A stretch of 64,000 nt of DNA. It comes from Candidatus Binatia bacterium. Lineage in GTDB: Bacteria; Desulfobacterota; Binatia; UBA9968; CAXXLF01. This document shows, piece after piece, positions 49,216-58,819 of the stretch (the stretch's first letter is position 1; each line of letters begins with the position of its first letter). The DNA lies in NCBI GenBank assembly GCA_963664015.2, contig CAXXLF010000001.1, positions 448,001 to 512,000 of the forward strand, given 5' to 3'. Position numbers and translations under genes: made by a program. The notes below the pieces were generated by a model. The model ran no database searches. It was not told the origin of the DNA and worked only from the letters and a program-made list of their open reading frames with translations.

Positions 49216-50944
49216 GCCGGACCAATCCACGATCGGTTATTCTCAAAGCGGGTAAGGTGACGAAAGTAAGAAAACAGAGGGGATGAAGGGGGCTATCGAA
49301 CGGGGAACCCTTCTCTCTCAGGCGCCGCTGGATGCGCCGTAGTCCGTCTCCAACCTCCTGCCACGGCTGCAGCGAAAAAATACCAGCTACGGGAAACCCC
49401 ATCTTCTCCATCACAACGCCCTCATCGACAACTGCAATTCCCCCGCCTTCTTCCAGCAAAAGGTTAGCACACAGGGCCATATCGTCGTCATTGGTGCCAA
49501 CAACCAGAAGGGCATATTCGTCCAGGTTGATAGTCGTACCCACGGCGCCGATTTTTCCGCCCCATCCCTTGAGCAGCCCTTGAGAGATCCTGCCGCTACC
49601 ACCACGGCAGTCAAAGATAGCCACTTTTAAGATATCCTGATTGGAATCCGCAACCACGGCCCCGTCCCGAACGGGTGGTTGCAGTATCGTCTCCCGTGTA
49701 ATGGTGTGGTTGACCAGTTCTATCACACGGGCCTCGGCCCCCTCAAATGGGGGAACCATTCGGAAGATCTCGGCAGAGATAACCGGTTTATAGCTGAGAC
49801 ACCGGATGGTACTAGGCGGTAAACTCATGGCATCACTGGCAACGAGAGAGACACCCCCCTGGGCGACCCGCCGGCCACCGATCACGGTCGTTTCCACTTG
49901 AACTTTTTCCAGATCCGCGAGCAAGGCGAAGTCGGCCGAACGGCCGGGGGCAATACCACCGATTTCCTGATCCAGTCCCGAGTAAGTCGCCGGATTGAGG
50001 GTCACCGCCTGTATGGCCTTTACCGGAGATAATCCGAGACCGATGGCGCGCCGCACGACGTAGTCCACATGACCTCGATCTTGGACATCGACGGGCGACA
50101 CGCTGTCGGTGACGAGGATCAAACGGCGTGTGCTCAACCGCCGTTGCACGATGGGTCCCAGTGTGGCCTCGAGGTCCTGACGAAAGGAGCCTTCTCTCAG
50201 CATGACCCAATAACCAGCACGGAGTTTCTCGAGCGCCTCGCGCTCGCCTACGGGCTCATGACACGACGAGACCTGTGCCGCCGCAATCGCCGCGAGCTTT
50301 CTGTCTCTGGCCCCCGCTGTATGACCGTGAACGATCTTTCCCGCGGCGAGGGTCATCTCAATCCTCTCGAGGACCTCCGGATCCCTATCGATTAGACGAA
50401 GCCAGGAAACGATTTCCCCCAATCCGAGAATCCTCGGGTCGGCCAATGCGTCGGCCACCTCGGCCTGCGTTAGACTGTGGGTGTGGGATAAGAGAGGGTC
50501 CTGTGGGGCGACCATGGAGATGAGCGTGTAAACCCTCAGGGGGTGCCCTTCCACCTCGTCAAGAAATAGTCGGACCCCTTCGTACCCCAGGACCGACGCA
50601 TGCTCGTCGCAGGAGGTCATAAGCGCCGTCGTTCCATGAGGCAAATAGGCCTGTAGAAATTCATAAGGACGACAGAAATGGCCGATATGCGTATGGCCAT
50701 CGATAAACCCCGGCGCCACGTAAAGGCCACGGGCGTCCAGGACTTCCGTCGAATCACCCCGAGTGTGGGCCGCACTTTCACCCACGTAACAAATCCTGCC
50801 GTCCACCACGGCGATTTCCATCCCGTCCAGGATCTCTCCCGAATAGACGTTGATGAGCTTGCCGCCGGTAACGATCAAATCGGACTTGATTTCCCCCAGG
50901 GCTCCCTGGATCAAAGTTTCGATTTCTCTCTTTGAACGGGCCAT
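49175..50944 (-). CDS. Adenine deaminase family amidohydrolase
   Basis: PGFIDGHTH, LGE, GH, HE, REGS, TD, T.NPA, G.IAPG..AD, P.LRITDRG. Confidence 0.88.
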   Translation of the reverse strand: MARSKREIETLIQGALGEIKSDLIVTGGKLINVYSGEILDGMEIAVVDGRICYVGESAAHTRGDSTEVLDARGLYVAPGFIDGHTHIGHFCRPYEFLQAYLPHGTTALMTSCDEHASVLGYEGVRLFLDEVEGHPLRVYTLISMVAPQDPLLSHTHSLTQAEVADALADPRILGLGEIVSWLRLIDRDPEVLERIEMTLAAGKIVHGHTAGARDRKLAAIAAAQVSSCHEPVGEREALEKLRAGYWVMLREGSFRQDLEATLGPIVQRRLSTRRLILVTDSVSPVDVQDRGHVDYVVRRAIGLGLSPVKAIQAVTLNPATYSGLDQEIGGIAPGRSADFALLADLEKVQVETTVIGGRRVAQGGVSLVASDAMSLPPSTIRCLSYKPVISAEIFRMVPPFEGAEARVIELVNHTITRETILQPPVRDGAVVADSNQDILKVAIFDCRGGSGRISQGLLKGWGGKIGAVGTTINLDEYALLVVGTNDDDMALCANLLLEEGGGIAVVDEGVVMEKMGFPVAGIFSLQPWQEVGDGLRRIQRRLREKGSPFDSPLHPLCFLTFVTLPALRITDRGLVRPKDRSLVPLWIRK

Positions 50945-51115
50945 GATCTCCCTCCACTTAACATAACCGTTCGGCCTTTACCAAAAGCCGCCACCTACAA
51001 CCCACCGGTTGTCACCGTGCCACGTTAATCCCTGCCTTAAGGGGTAGATTAAAAACAATTCTTATAGCTCTACCAGGTATTGTCTTCCCACGCCTATTTT
51101 AATAACATCCACTCC

Positions 51116-51889
51116 ATGATTTCTCTTATGCTCACGGATTTGACCAAGAGATTTGGGTCGATAACTGCCGTCGACAATGCCAACCTCTCTGTTCAGGACG
51201 GAGAGCTGCTTGTCATCGTGGGCTCTAGCGGTTGCGGCAAGACGACCCTATTGAGAATGATTGCCGGACTGGAGACCCCCGACAGTGGGACTGTTTTCAT
51301 TGGGGGGGATGCTGCAAACGATATTCCCGCTGGACGCAGAGGAGTCCAGATGATCTTTCAGAATTATGCCCTATGGCCCCATATGAAGGTTTTCAACGAG
51401 AAAAAATACACCAACCTAACCTTCCCGCTGAAAATCCGAAAATGGTCACAGGAAAAGATCCGCCAATACACCCTACAGATCGCAAAGAACCTGGGAATCG
51501 ATGAGGGGGTTTTCTCCCGCAGGCCAGGCGAACTTTCCGCCGGACAGCAGCAGCGAGTCGCCATGGGCAGGGCCATGACCACCACACCGAGAATCCTTTT
51601 GATGGACGAGCCTTTGAGCAACCTCGACGCGCCCAGCCGAATCAAGATGCGCAGCGAGATCCTGGCTTTTCATCGGGAGCACCGATTGACGACCCTCTAC
51701 GTGACCCATGATCTCGCTAACGCGATGGCCCTGGCGGATCGAGTGGCCATGATGCGGAGCGGTCGCTTTGAACAGGTCGATTCCATGGAGAACCTGCTCC
51801 AGCGGCCAGCCAATACTTATGTAGCGGATTTCTTCAGGGCCTCAGGCTTTGGACCCGGCAGCGCCCTGAGCCATGGAAGAGATCTATGA
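51116..51889 (+). CDS. ABC ATPase (MalK/PotA-like, no TOBE domain)
   Basis: GSSGCGKTT, FQNYALWPHM, LSAGQQQRVA, DEPLSNLD; no adjacent permease. Confidence 0.88.
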   Translation: MISLMLTDLTKRFGSITAVDNANLSVQDGELLVIVGSSGCGKTTLLRMIAGLETPDSGTVFIGGDAANDIPAGRRGVQMIFQNYALWPHMKVFNEKKYTNLTFPLKIRKWSQEKIRQYTLQIAKNLGIDEGVFSRRPGELSAGQQQRVAMGRAMTTTPRILLMDEPLSNLDAPSRIKMRSEILAFHREHRLTTLYVTHDLANAMALADRVAMMRSGRFEQVDSMENLLQRPANTYVADFFRASGFGPGSALSHGRDL

Positions 51890-52695
51890 GTCCCAATGAA
51901 CGACTTCCAAACCAGGCATGGGCTAAGGTTTTTCTCTGTCTCTTCCCTTTAACAGCTTCTCCAACCCTGGCCGCCTGCCGTGAGATTGATGTGCCCCACG
52001 GCTTTCCCCGCCCCACTTACGCCGCAGAAACCGATGCGACCATCCGTTACCTGGGCCACAACTTTTTTCACATCACCACTAGTAAAGGAAATCAGTTGCC
52101 CACCGATCCCCTCGGACCCGGTTGGTATCCAGATCCGGTTGTCTCCGCCCACGTAGTCACCGTGGGCAGGGAGCACTTCAACCATAACTACGTGGAGGTG
52201 ATTCGAGACAGGCCGCTGGTCTTACGCGGCCTCAGCGACCTTACCGACGATTGGAACCGAGTCAGCATTAACATTAGGAAAGTCTTCGTCTACAACAACC
52301 CCCTGTATCAAAACGGGGCCGACGGGGATTACCACAAAGGGGCCTCCTTTGTATTCGACCTGGGGAACCTCTGCATCGCCCATCTGGGCGATCTAAGTCA
52401 CCGACTGACACCGCATCAACTAAAACTGATCGGCAAGATCGATATTGCACTGACCCCTATCGGGGGGGAGATTCACTATGGGGCCCCAGAACGCACGGGC
52501 GGTCATACGCCAGCTCAAGCCGAAGATCGCCATCCCGATGCACTATCTGACGATCCCAACCGAGTTGAAGAGTTCAGCGAAGGATACCCGGTTCGAACCA
52601 TGGACAGTGACACCTTCCTCACAAGCAAGTCAGCCCTCCCCTCTTCAACTGAGATCGTTGTCCTCACTCCACACGGTGCTGTTCGGTACGAGTGA
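51886..52695 (+). CDS. MBL-fold metallo-hydrolase (lactamase_B_3-like) with two compensating frameshifts
   Basis: YLGH..F, H..HN, HLGDL; the expected GRFTMGP...LKPKIAIPMHY segment lies in the alternate frame at 52470-52545, after a G7 run. Confidence 0.75.
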   Translation: MSPNERLPNQAWAKVFLCLFPLTASPTLAACREIDVPHGFPRPTYAAETDATIRYLGHNFFHITTSKGNQLPTDPLGPGWYPDPVVSAHVVTVGREHFNHNYVEVIRDRPLVLRGLSDLTDDWNRVSINIRKVFVYNNPLYQNGADGDYHKGASFVFDLGNLCIAHLGDLSHRLTPHQLKLIGKIDIALTPIGGEIHYGAPERTGGHTPAQAEDRHPDALSDDPNRVEEFSEGYPVRTMDSDTFLTSKSALPSSTEIVVLTPHGAVRYE

Positions 52696-52840
52696 AGCCC
52701 CCAGGGGCGTCAGCCCGCGGCAGCCTCCATCTCAATTGCGGAATCCGCCGAAGCATTCATCCATAGGCATATGCAACCTTCGTCGCCATAGGCTACTACG
52801 GTGGAGCAATCCATCTAATTTCTTCTGCGAAGGCGGATAA
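52693..52840 (-). mobile_element. IS200/IS605-like palindromic element, copy F
   Basis: TGAAGCCCCCAGGGGC...GCGGAATCCGCCGAAGCATTCATCC...GCGAAGGCGGATAA. Confidence 0.7.
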
Positions 52841-52857
52841 GACGGCCCGGTAACGGA

Positions 52858-53547
52858 CTAGACCATTTCCACGACCATCGGCTGCCTGGTTTTGAAGGCG
52901 TAGAGGGAGGCCGGCCGGTGGGCTCCGCGCCGGACTTTCTTTAACGGAGTCAGCAGGCCGAGGGTTAGAATTTTCTTCCTGAAGTTACGTCGGTCTAAGG
53001 TGCGCTGCAAGATAGTTTCATAGACTTCCTGGAGTTCTCCCAGGGTAAACTCCAGCGGCAGCAAACTGAACGCCACATTGGTGTACTGAAGCTTGGCGTG
53101 CAATCGCTGGAGGGCCAGACGCGCTACTTGATTGTGGTCGTAGGCTAGGGAGCGGAGGCCAGCAATCGGACACCATCGAATTCCGGCGTACTTATCCGCC
53201 CTTAAGACCTTGATCTTTCGATCGGGTACCAACGCCAGATACGAAACCGAAACCACGCGTAGCGCAGGATCCCGCTCCGGCCGGCCGAAGGTGTAGAGTT
53301 GTTCCAGGTAGGCGTTTTTCAGGCCAGTCCTCTCCCGCAGCTCACGCTTGGCCGCATCATCGAGCGACTCGCCACGGTTGACGAGGCCTCCAGGAAAGGC
53401 CCACATTCCAGCGAAAGGCCCCTCCTTGACTTGGACAAGCAGCGCCTGCAGCCTTTTCTGATCCAGAGTAAAGACCACAAGGTCCACCGCTACCAGCGGC
53501 GGTCCTTGGCCTTCGGACGAGTGTTGGTAGAACCTCCTGGGACGCAT
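52858..53547 (-). CDS. NrtR-family regulator (Nudix plus winged HTH)
   Basis: PGG....ESL..AA.REL.E.TG, LEQLYTF..P.RDP, LAYDH, FTL.ELQ..YE, RNFRKK. Confidence 0.9.
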   Translation of the reverse strand: MRPRRFYQHSSEGQGPPLVAVDLVVFTLDQKRLQALLVQVKEGPFAGMWAFPGGLVNRGESLDDAAKRELRERTGLKNAYLEQLYTFGRPERDPALRVVSVSYLALVPDRKIKVLRADKYAGIRWCPIAGLRSLAYDHNQVARLALQRLHAKLQYTNVAFSLLPLEFTLGELQEVYETILQRTLDRRNFRKKILTLGLLTPLKKVRRGAHRPASLYAFKTRQPMVVEMV

Positions 53548-53826
53548 GGGTAAAATGAAGCCTCTAGGCGATCACGCCTGTGGTATGTTTCTCACTTCAG
53601 CACAATCCACGGTCGCACCGTAACGTTTGGACTGTCCCGTTTCTCTATACCAAGTTGCTTGGCCGATCAACTCCAGTTCTAGTGCGTTCGTGCCAAGACC
53701 AACATCTCCTCGGGGAGCAAGTCTCCAGCCTCCCACTCAGTACTCACAACTCAGCGCTAGGGATTTTCAGGACCTGGACAACCACTGTCATTGACGCTCG
53801 GCAAAGTTTCCCGTAAATTGATCACC

Positions 53827-54399
53827 ATGATTGTTGGATTGGATATTGACGGCGTCCTCGCCGACTTCCTGGCGCCCTTTCTCCAGCTCCTGGAAAATAG
53901 AACTGGCCATGCTCCGATACTGGAGGAGTCGATCACCGATTTCACCTTTTCCGAACACCCCCTGCTTTCGGAAGAAATCGTAATGAATTGTTTAGAAGAG
54001 GTTTCCTACGATCCCGATTTCTGGCAGAAACTATCCCCACTCATAACTCCCGGTGAGTGGCAGCGATTGGACGAATTGAGTCGCGAAGAACGTCTTTTCT
54101 TTGTTACCCACCGTTATGTCCGCGAGACCTATGATAGCCACGAGATCACGTGCAACTGGCTAAAAATGCACGGAATCAGCCGGCCAGTCGTTCATTTCAC
54201 CAAAGAGAGCAAGGCCCCGCTGGTCCAAAACCTGGGCATCCAGTTTTTTATGGATGATCGGTGGGAAAACTGCCGCGACGTAGCTGAGAACACCAACGCG
54301 GTGGTATTGATGCCGCACCGCCCCTATAACCGGTCATTTCAACACCCCTCCATAAAAAGGGTGCAGGAATTCGGTGAGCTGTTCACCCACCTCCCGTGA
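53827..54399 (+). CDS. HAD-superfamily 5'(3')-nucleotidase (NT5C-like)
   Basis: DIDGVLAD motif I, VT.R, K, MDD motif. Confidence 0.85.
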   Translation: MIVGLDIDGVLADFLAPFLQLLENRTGHAPILEESITDFTFSEHPLLSEEIVMNCLEEVSYDPDFWQKLSPLITPGEWQRLDELSREERLFFVTHRYVRETYDSHEITCNWLKMHGISRPVVHFTKESKAPLVQNLGIQFFMDDRWENCRDVAENTNAVVLMPHRPYNRSFQHPSIKRVQEFGELFTHLP

Positions 54400-54455
54400 A
54401 AGAAAAAGGTTTAGCAACCTGCAAGATCAGGCATTAACTGCAGTCGAATGGAGAC

Positions 54456-54722
54456 TCAACCTTGCTCTGAAGCCCCCAGGCGTTCCCACTCCTGAGGTGT
54501 CATGGTCTTCAAGGCCAGCGCGTGAATACGTTCGGTTCCCATGGCTTCCTTGAGGGCCGCGTAGACCATCTGATGCTGCTCCACCAGGCTCTTGTCCTCG
54601 AAGGCGGAAGAAATGACCAGGACCTGAAAATGATCCCCTCCCCCAGTCAAGTCCTGAATATTCACGGTGCAACCCGTTAGGGCCTGCTGCAAGGTCGATT
54701 CGATTTCCACTGGGTTCATCAT
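54456..54722 (-). CDS. BolA family protein
   Basis: GDHF, S.AF...S.V.QH.MVY.AL, IHAL.LKT.TP.EW. Confidence 0.93.
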   Translation of the reverse strand: MMNPVEIESTLQQALTGCTVNIQDLTGGGDHFQVLVISSAFEDKSLVEQHQMVYAALKEAMGTERIHALALKTMTPQEWERLGASEQG

Positions 54723-54946
54723 ACGAAAAAGTATAGCATATTAGCAGCAAAAGACCACCCCTGTTAAAGCTGAGAAACTGGCTTACAGGAAGACCATTAT
54801 CTGGTATATAGACGGCAGCGGGGCTCTACTGGGCCGACAGAGCCCCCCCTGACAGTGGAGATGCTGCCAAGTTTAGGCAAAAAGGGTCCACCCAAAGTCG
54901 GTCTTTGTCGGGACTGTTCTCTCCGGGTGATCACGCAAATTTTCCG

Positions 54947-56257
54947 ATGGAATTATACAACCTTGTCAGTCTAGCCGGGATCTTTATCCTTATAGGATTT
55001 GCCTGGCTATGCTCATGCGACCGAAGGATTCTGAACTGGCGCCTCATCGCTTGGGGAATCGGATTACAGTTACTGTTTGCTCTCTTTGTTTTCCAGGTTC
55101 CCGCCGGGGCAAGCATTTTTCTATTTATTAACGACGTGGTGGTCAAGATCCTTAATAGCGCAGCCGCTGGGACCCAATTCCTATTTGGTCGTTTGGCCCT
55201 CCCCCCCGACGCAACCAGCGAGTCGGGAGAAACCTCGCTGGGATTTATCCTGGCATTTCAAGCATTACCCACCGTGATCTTCTTTGCCGCTCTGGTAGGC
55301 GCCCTTCATTATTTACGGGTGATCCCCTGGCTCATACGTGGATTTGCCCATATTTTCACTCGGCTGATGAGATTAAGCGGGGCCGAGGCACTATGTGTCT
55401 CGAGTAATATCTTTGTCGGAATCGAGTCGGCCCTGACCATTCGGCCCCATTTAAATGAGATGACCCGATCCGAGTTGTGCACCATCCTTGCTGCTGGTAT
55501 GGGGACCATTGCTTCCAGCATGCTGGCCCTCTATGTCTTCGTCTTGCGGGCAGAGTTTCCCACGATTGCCGGCCATTTGATCTCGGCGTCTATCCTATCT
55601 GCCCCGGCGGCGGTCGTTATGGCAAAGATTCTCTTGCCAGAAGCCGCCACCCCCACCACATTAGGAATCAAGATCGAACCGCACTACGAGCGGGAGAACA
55701 ACCTGATGGAAGCCATCATAAACGGAGCCAACAGCGGGCTTCGTCTACTAGTGGGCATTGGTGCCCTCTTGCTGGCGTTTCTCGGCCTTACCGCGATGAT
55801 TGATTTATTTCTGGGATGGGGGGGCAGTTGGCTCAATTCCGGGTTGGGTTGGAATATTGATTTTTCATTGCGCGGACTTTTGGGCTACCTGTTTTATCCC
55901 TTCACTTTGATCATCGGAGTTCCGCCCTCCGACGCGGTTGCTATCGCAAAGATCATTGGAGAGCGAACCGTAGCCACTGAGGTTCAATCGTATCAGGATT
56001 TGGCCAAGTTATTGGCTCAGGATGTTTTGAAGCACCCGCGTTCAGCAGTGATTACGGCCTACGCCCTGTGTGGATTCGCACATGTCGCTTCGTTAGCGAT
56101 ATTCGTGGGTGGCATTGCTGCCCTCGCCCCAAAACGGACGAAAGATCTTTCCGAACTAGGATTCCGAGCCCTATTGGCAGCAACTCTGGGATGTCTAATG
56201 ACAGCAGCGGTGGCCGGAACTTTCTTCAACGAAGGTTCCATCCTCATTGGGAACTAG
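54947..56257 (+). CDS. Concentrative nucleoside transporter (NupC/CNT family)
   Basis: ALP.VIFF, NIFVG.ES, TRSEL, YALCGFA. Confidence 0.93.
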   Translation: MELYNLVSLAGIFILIGFAWLCSCDRRILNWRLIAWGIGLQLLFALFVFQVPAGASIFLFINDVVVKILNSAAAGTQFLFGRLALPPDATSESGETSLGFILAFQALPTVIFFAALVGALHYLRVIPWLIRGFAHIFTRLMRLSGAEALCVSSNIFVGIESALTIRPHLNEMTRSELCTILAAGMGTIASSMLALYVFVLRAEFPTIAGHLISASILSAPAAVVMAKILLPEAATPTTLGIKIEPHYERENNLMEAIINGANSGLRLLVGIGALLLAFLGLTAMIDLFLGWGGSWLNSGLGWNIDFSLRGLLGYLFYPFTLIIGVPPSDAVAIAKIIGERTVATEVQSYQDLAKLLAQDVLKHPRSAVITAYALCGFAHVASLAIFVGGIAALAPKRTKDLSELGFRALLAATLGCLMTAAVAGTFFNEGSILIGN

Positions 56258-56264
56258 GCGGCCA

Positions 56265-57017
56265 TCACAACATCAAAGAACCTCCATCAACAAGCAGCGC
56301 CTGACCTGTAATGTATGAGGCAGCGTCGGTGGCCAGGAAGGTTGCAACACGGGCGATATCTTCGGTATTGGCAATCCGACCCAGCGGGATATGTTCACCC
56401 ATGGCATATAGCTCTTCTTCCGAGCGGCGACCTCTAGGCAGCGCCGTATCCGCTATGCCTGGGCAGATGGAATTGACGGTAATGCCGTCGGGGCCCAGTT
56501 CACGGGCCAGTGACTTTACAAAGCCTACGATCCCGGCCTTGGAGGCGGCATAGTGGGAGCCTGCGATAGCCCCTCGGTACGCTATCCCGGAGGCAATGCT
56601 GATAATTCGGCCAACCTTTTGAGAGCGGATCTGGGGCACAAAGGCCCTTGAGCAGAGGAAGTTCCCCCCCAGATTCGTATCCAGAACCCGATCCCATTCT
56701 TCCTCGGCCATTTGCAACGTTATCGAATGTGGAAAGATCCCCGCATTGTTGACCAGGATATCTACCCGACCAAACCGATTGAGAGTCTGATCCTTCAAAT
56801 TCAGCACCGAGGCTTCGTCGGACACGTTGGCTCGTACGGCGAGCACCTCAGCGCCGACGGCCAGAACCTCGCCTTCCACTCCTTTGGCACCGTCCTCTTT
56901 GACATCCGCAATCACGAGTCGAGCCCCCTCTCGGGCGAAACTCAGCGCGATGGATCGCCCAAATCCCTGAGCAGCGCCGGTTACAACTGCGACTTTATCC
57001 TTGAGCCTCACGATCAT
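56265..57017 (-). CDS. Short-chain dehydrogenase (FabG-like)
   Basis: TGAAQGFG, NNAG, YAASK. Confidence 0.93.
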   Translation of the reverse strand: MIVRLKDKVAVVTGAAQGFGRSIALSFAREGARLVIADVKEDGAKGVEGEVLAVGAEVLAVRANVSDEASVLNLKDQTLNRFGRVDILVNNAGIFPHSITLQMAEEEWDRVLDTNLGGNFLCSRAFVPQIRSQKVGRIISIASGIAYRGAIAGSHYAASKAGIVGFVKSLARELGPDGITVNSICPGIADTALPRGRRSEEELYAMGEHIPLGRIANTEDIARVATFLATDAASYITGQALLVDGGSLML

Positions 57018-57761
57018 TACACCATCACCAGACCGCCATTGACGTGCAGTGTCTGTCCTGTCATGTACGCGCTCTCCGGTCCCACCAGAAAATAGACGCC
57101 CTCGGCGATATCCTCCGGTTTACCCGTACGCCCCAACGGGATCTCCCGTTGGGCCCTCTCGAGGCGCGCGTCCGGAGTGGATTTTGACATGACCCGAGGG
57201 GTGTCCGTCGGACCGGGAGCGATCACATTGATCAGAACACGGTGGGGTGCCAGCTCCAATGCCAACGACTTGCTGAATCCAATGATGGCGGCCTTTGCCG
57301 CGGCATAGGGAGTGCGCATAGCACTGCCCGTAACTCCATAGTTGGATGCTGTATTGACGATTCGACCTCTCCCTTGCCTGACCATAACCGCCGCAACCTC
57401 CCGACACACGAGAAAGGTGCCCTTGAGGTTGACATCCATCACCTCTTTCCACTCGTTCCAAGCCAACTCGTCGATTCGTTTATTGTAAAAGCTGCCTCCT
57501 GCAATGTTGGTGAGGATATCGATCCGTCCGTACCGCCTATCGATTTCATGTACGACCTTCTTGACCTCAGCTGCGTTCCTGACATCCACGCCACAGACCT
57601 CAGCAACACCACCTGAACGCTTTACTTCCTCACGCACACGCTCGGGCCCCTTTCACATCACTGTCCACAATGGCAAGGGATATCCCGGCCTGAGCGAATC
57701 GGAGACAGACCGAGCGGCCAATCCCGTTGCCCCCTCCGGTAATGATCGCGACCTCGTTCAA
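57017..57761 (-). pseudogene. Short-chain dehydrogenase with a +1 frameshift near 57645
   Basis: N-terminal VAIITGGGNGIGRS (TTG 57761, AGGAG RBS) is out of frame with the YAAAK-containing ORF 57017-57637. Confidence 0.8.
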
Positions 57762-57952
57762 TGTTCAAGCTCCTACAAGGAATAACTCTTCACGCGCTGA
57801 CATCCATCCAAGTAATCTTTTGTCCGATGCATAGCAAAGGTCCAATGTAAGTGTCAATGGTCCTAAATTTTCCATCGCAACAGGAACGTTCAGCTCTATG
57901 TTCATAAGTCTCAAGGCACATTCTCAATACCCTCTTGTGCAGACCCATGGAA

Positions 57953-58681
57953 TCAATTGGAGATCTTAAGCCAGTCTCGAGCATCGAACGATTTCCCCGT
58001 AACCCCTTGTGATTCATCGGACGCAAGATAGAGAAAGGCTCCTGTGATTTCCTCCGGTGTTGGCAGCGTGAGGGGATCTTCCTCGGGATAGGCCTCGGCA
58101 CGCATTTCTGTCCTCGTCGCCGCCGGGTTCACTGCATTGACACGGATATGATCTTCAGCAACCTCCGCTGCCAGAACCTGCGTGAAACCTTCCACGCCAA
58201 ATTTTGATGCCGCGTAGGCCCCCCACCTCGCCTTTCCTGTCCGTCCTACACCAGAGGAAACGTTGATGATGGAGCCCTTCTTTTGCTGGGTCATCATCCT
58301 CAAGGCCTCCTGCGTAACGACAAAGAGGGCCGTGAGGTTTACCTTGATGACCTGTTCCCAAGCGCGTAAGGGATAGCGGGCTATGGTTTCGCGAGGCCCG
58401 AGCAGACTCGCGTTATTGACCAGAATATCGATACCACCATAGATTTTATCCATCTGGCGCACAAGCGACTTGATCTCCTGCGCCTTGGCCAGATCCGCGG
58501 CGAACCAGCGGACGTCTCCTCCCGCCGCGCCGATGGCATCGGCCGTCGCCGTAAGGTCTGTCTGACCGCGGGCGGTAATAAATACCCTGGCGCCTTCGTG
58601 CGCGTAACTGCTGGCGATAGCACGCCCGATTCCACGACTCCCGCCGGTAATCAGGGCCACTTTACCGTTCAACCTTCCCAT
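57953..58681 (-). CDS. Short-chain dehydrogenase (YciK-like)
   Basis: TGGSRGIG, WGAYAASK, NP.ATRT.MRA.AYP.ED. Confidence 0.9.
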   Translation of the reverse strand: MGRLNGKVALITGGSRGIGRAIASSYAHEGARVFITARGQTDLTATADAIGAAGGDVRWFAADLAKAQEIKSLVRQMDKIYGGIDILVNNASLLGPRETIARYPLRAWEQVIKVNLTALFVVTQEALRMMTQQKKGSIINVSSGVGRTGKARWGAYAASKFGVEGFTQVLAAEVAEDHIRVNAVNPAATRTEMRAEAYPEEDPLTLPTPEEITGAFLYLASDESQGVTGKSFDARDWLKISN

Positions 58682-58819
58682 TCGGGTTCAGTCCCTTCTG
58701 TCAGCATGGGTTTGTTCTAGCACTGGTCTTCGCTTTTTGACAGAAGCCAAATCATGTGTCAATTTTAATGTGGCCCCACTCTTCCTTGCAACGGTTAAGA
58801 CGCAAGACTACCGAAACCA

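Noticed and set aside
57790-57950. Possible small gene between the SDRs
   Set aside because: No convincing RBS, ORF or motif.
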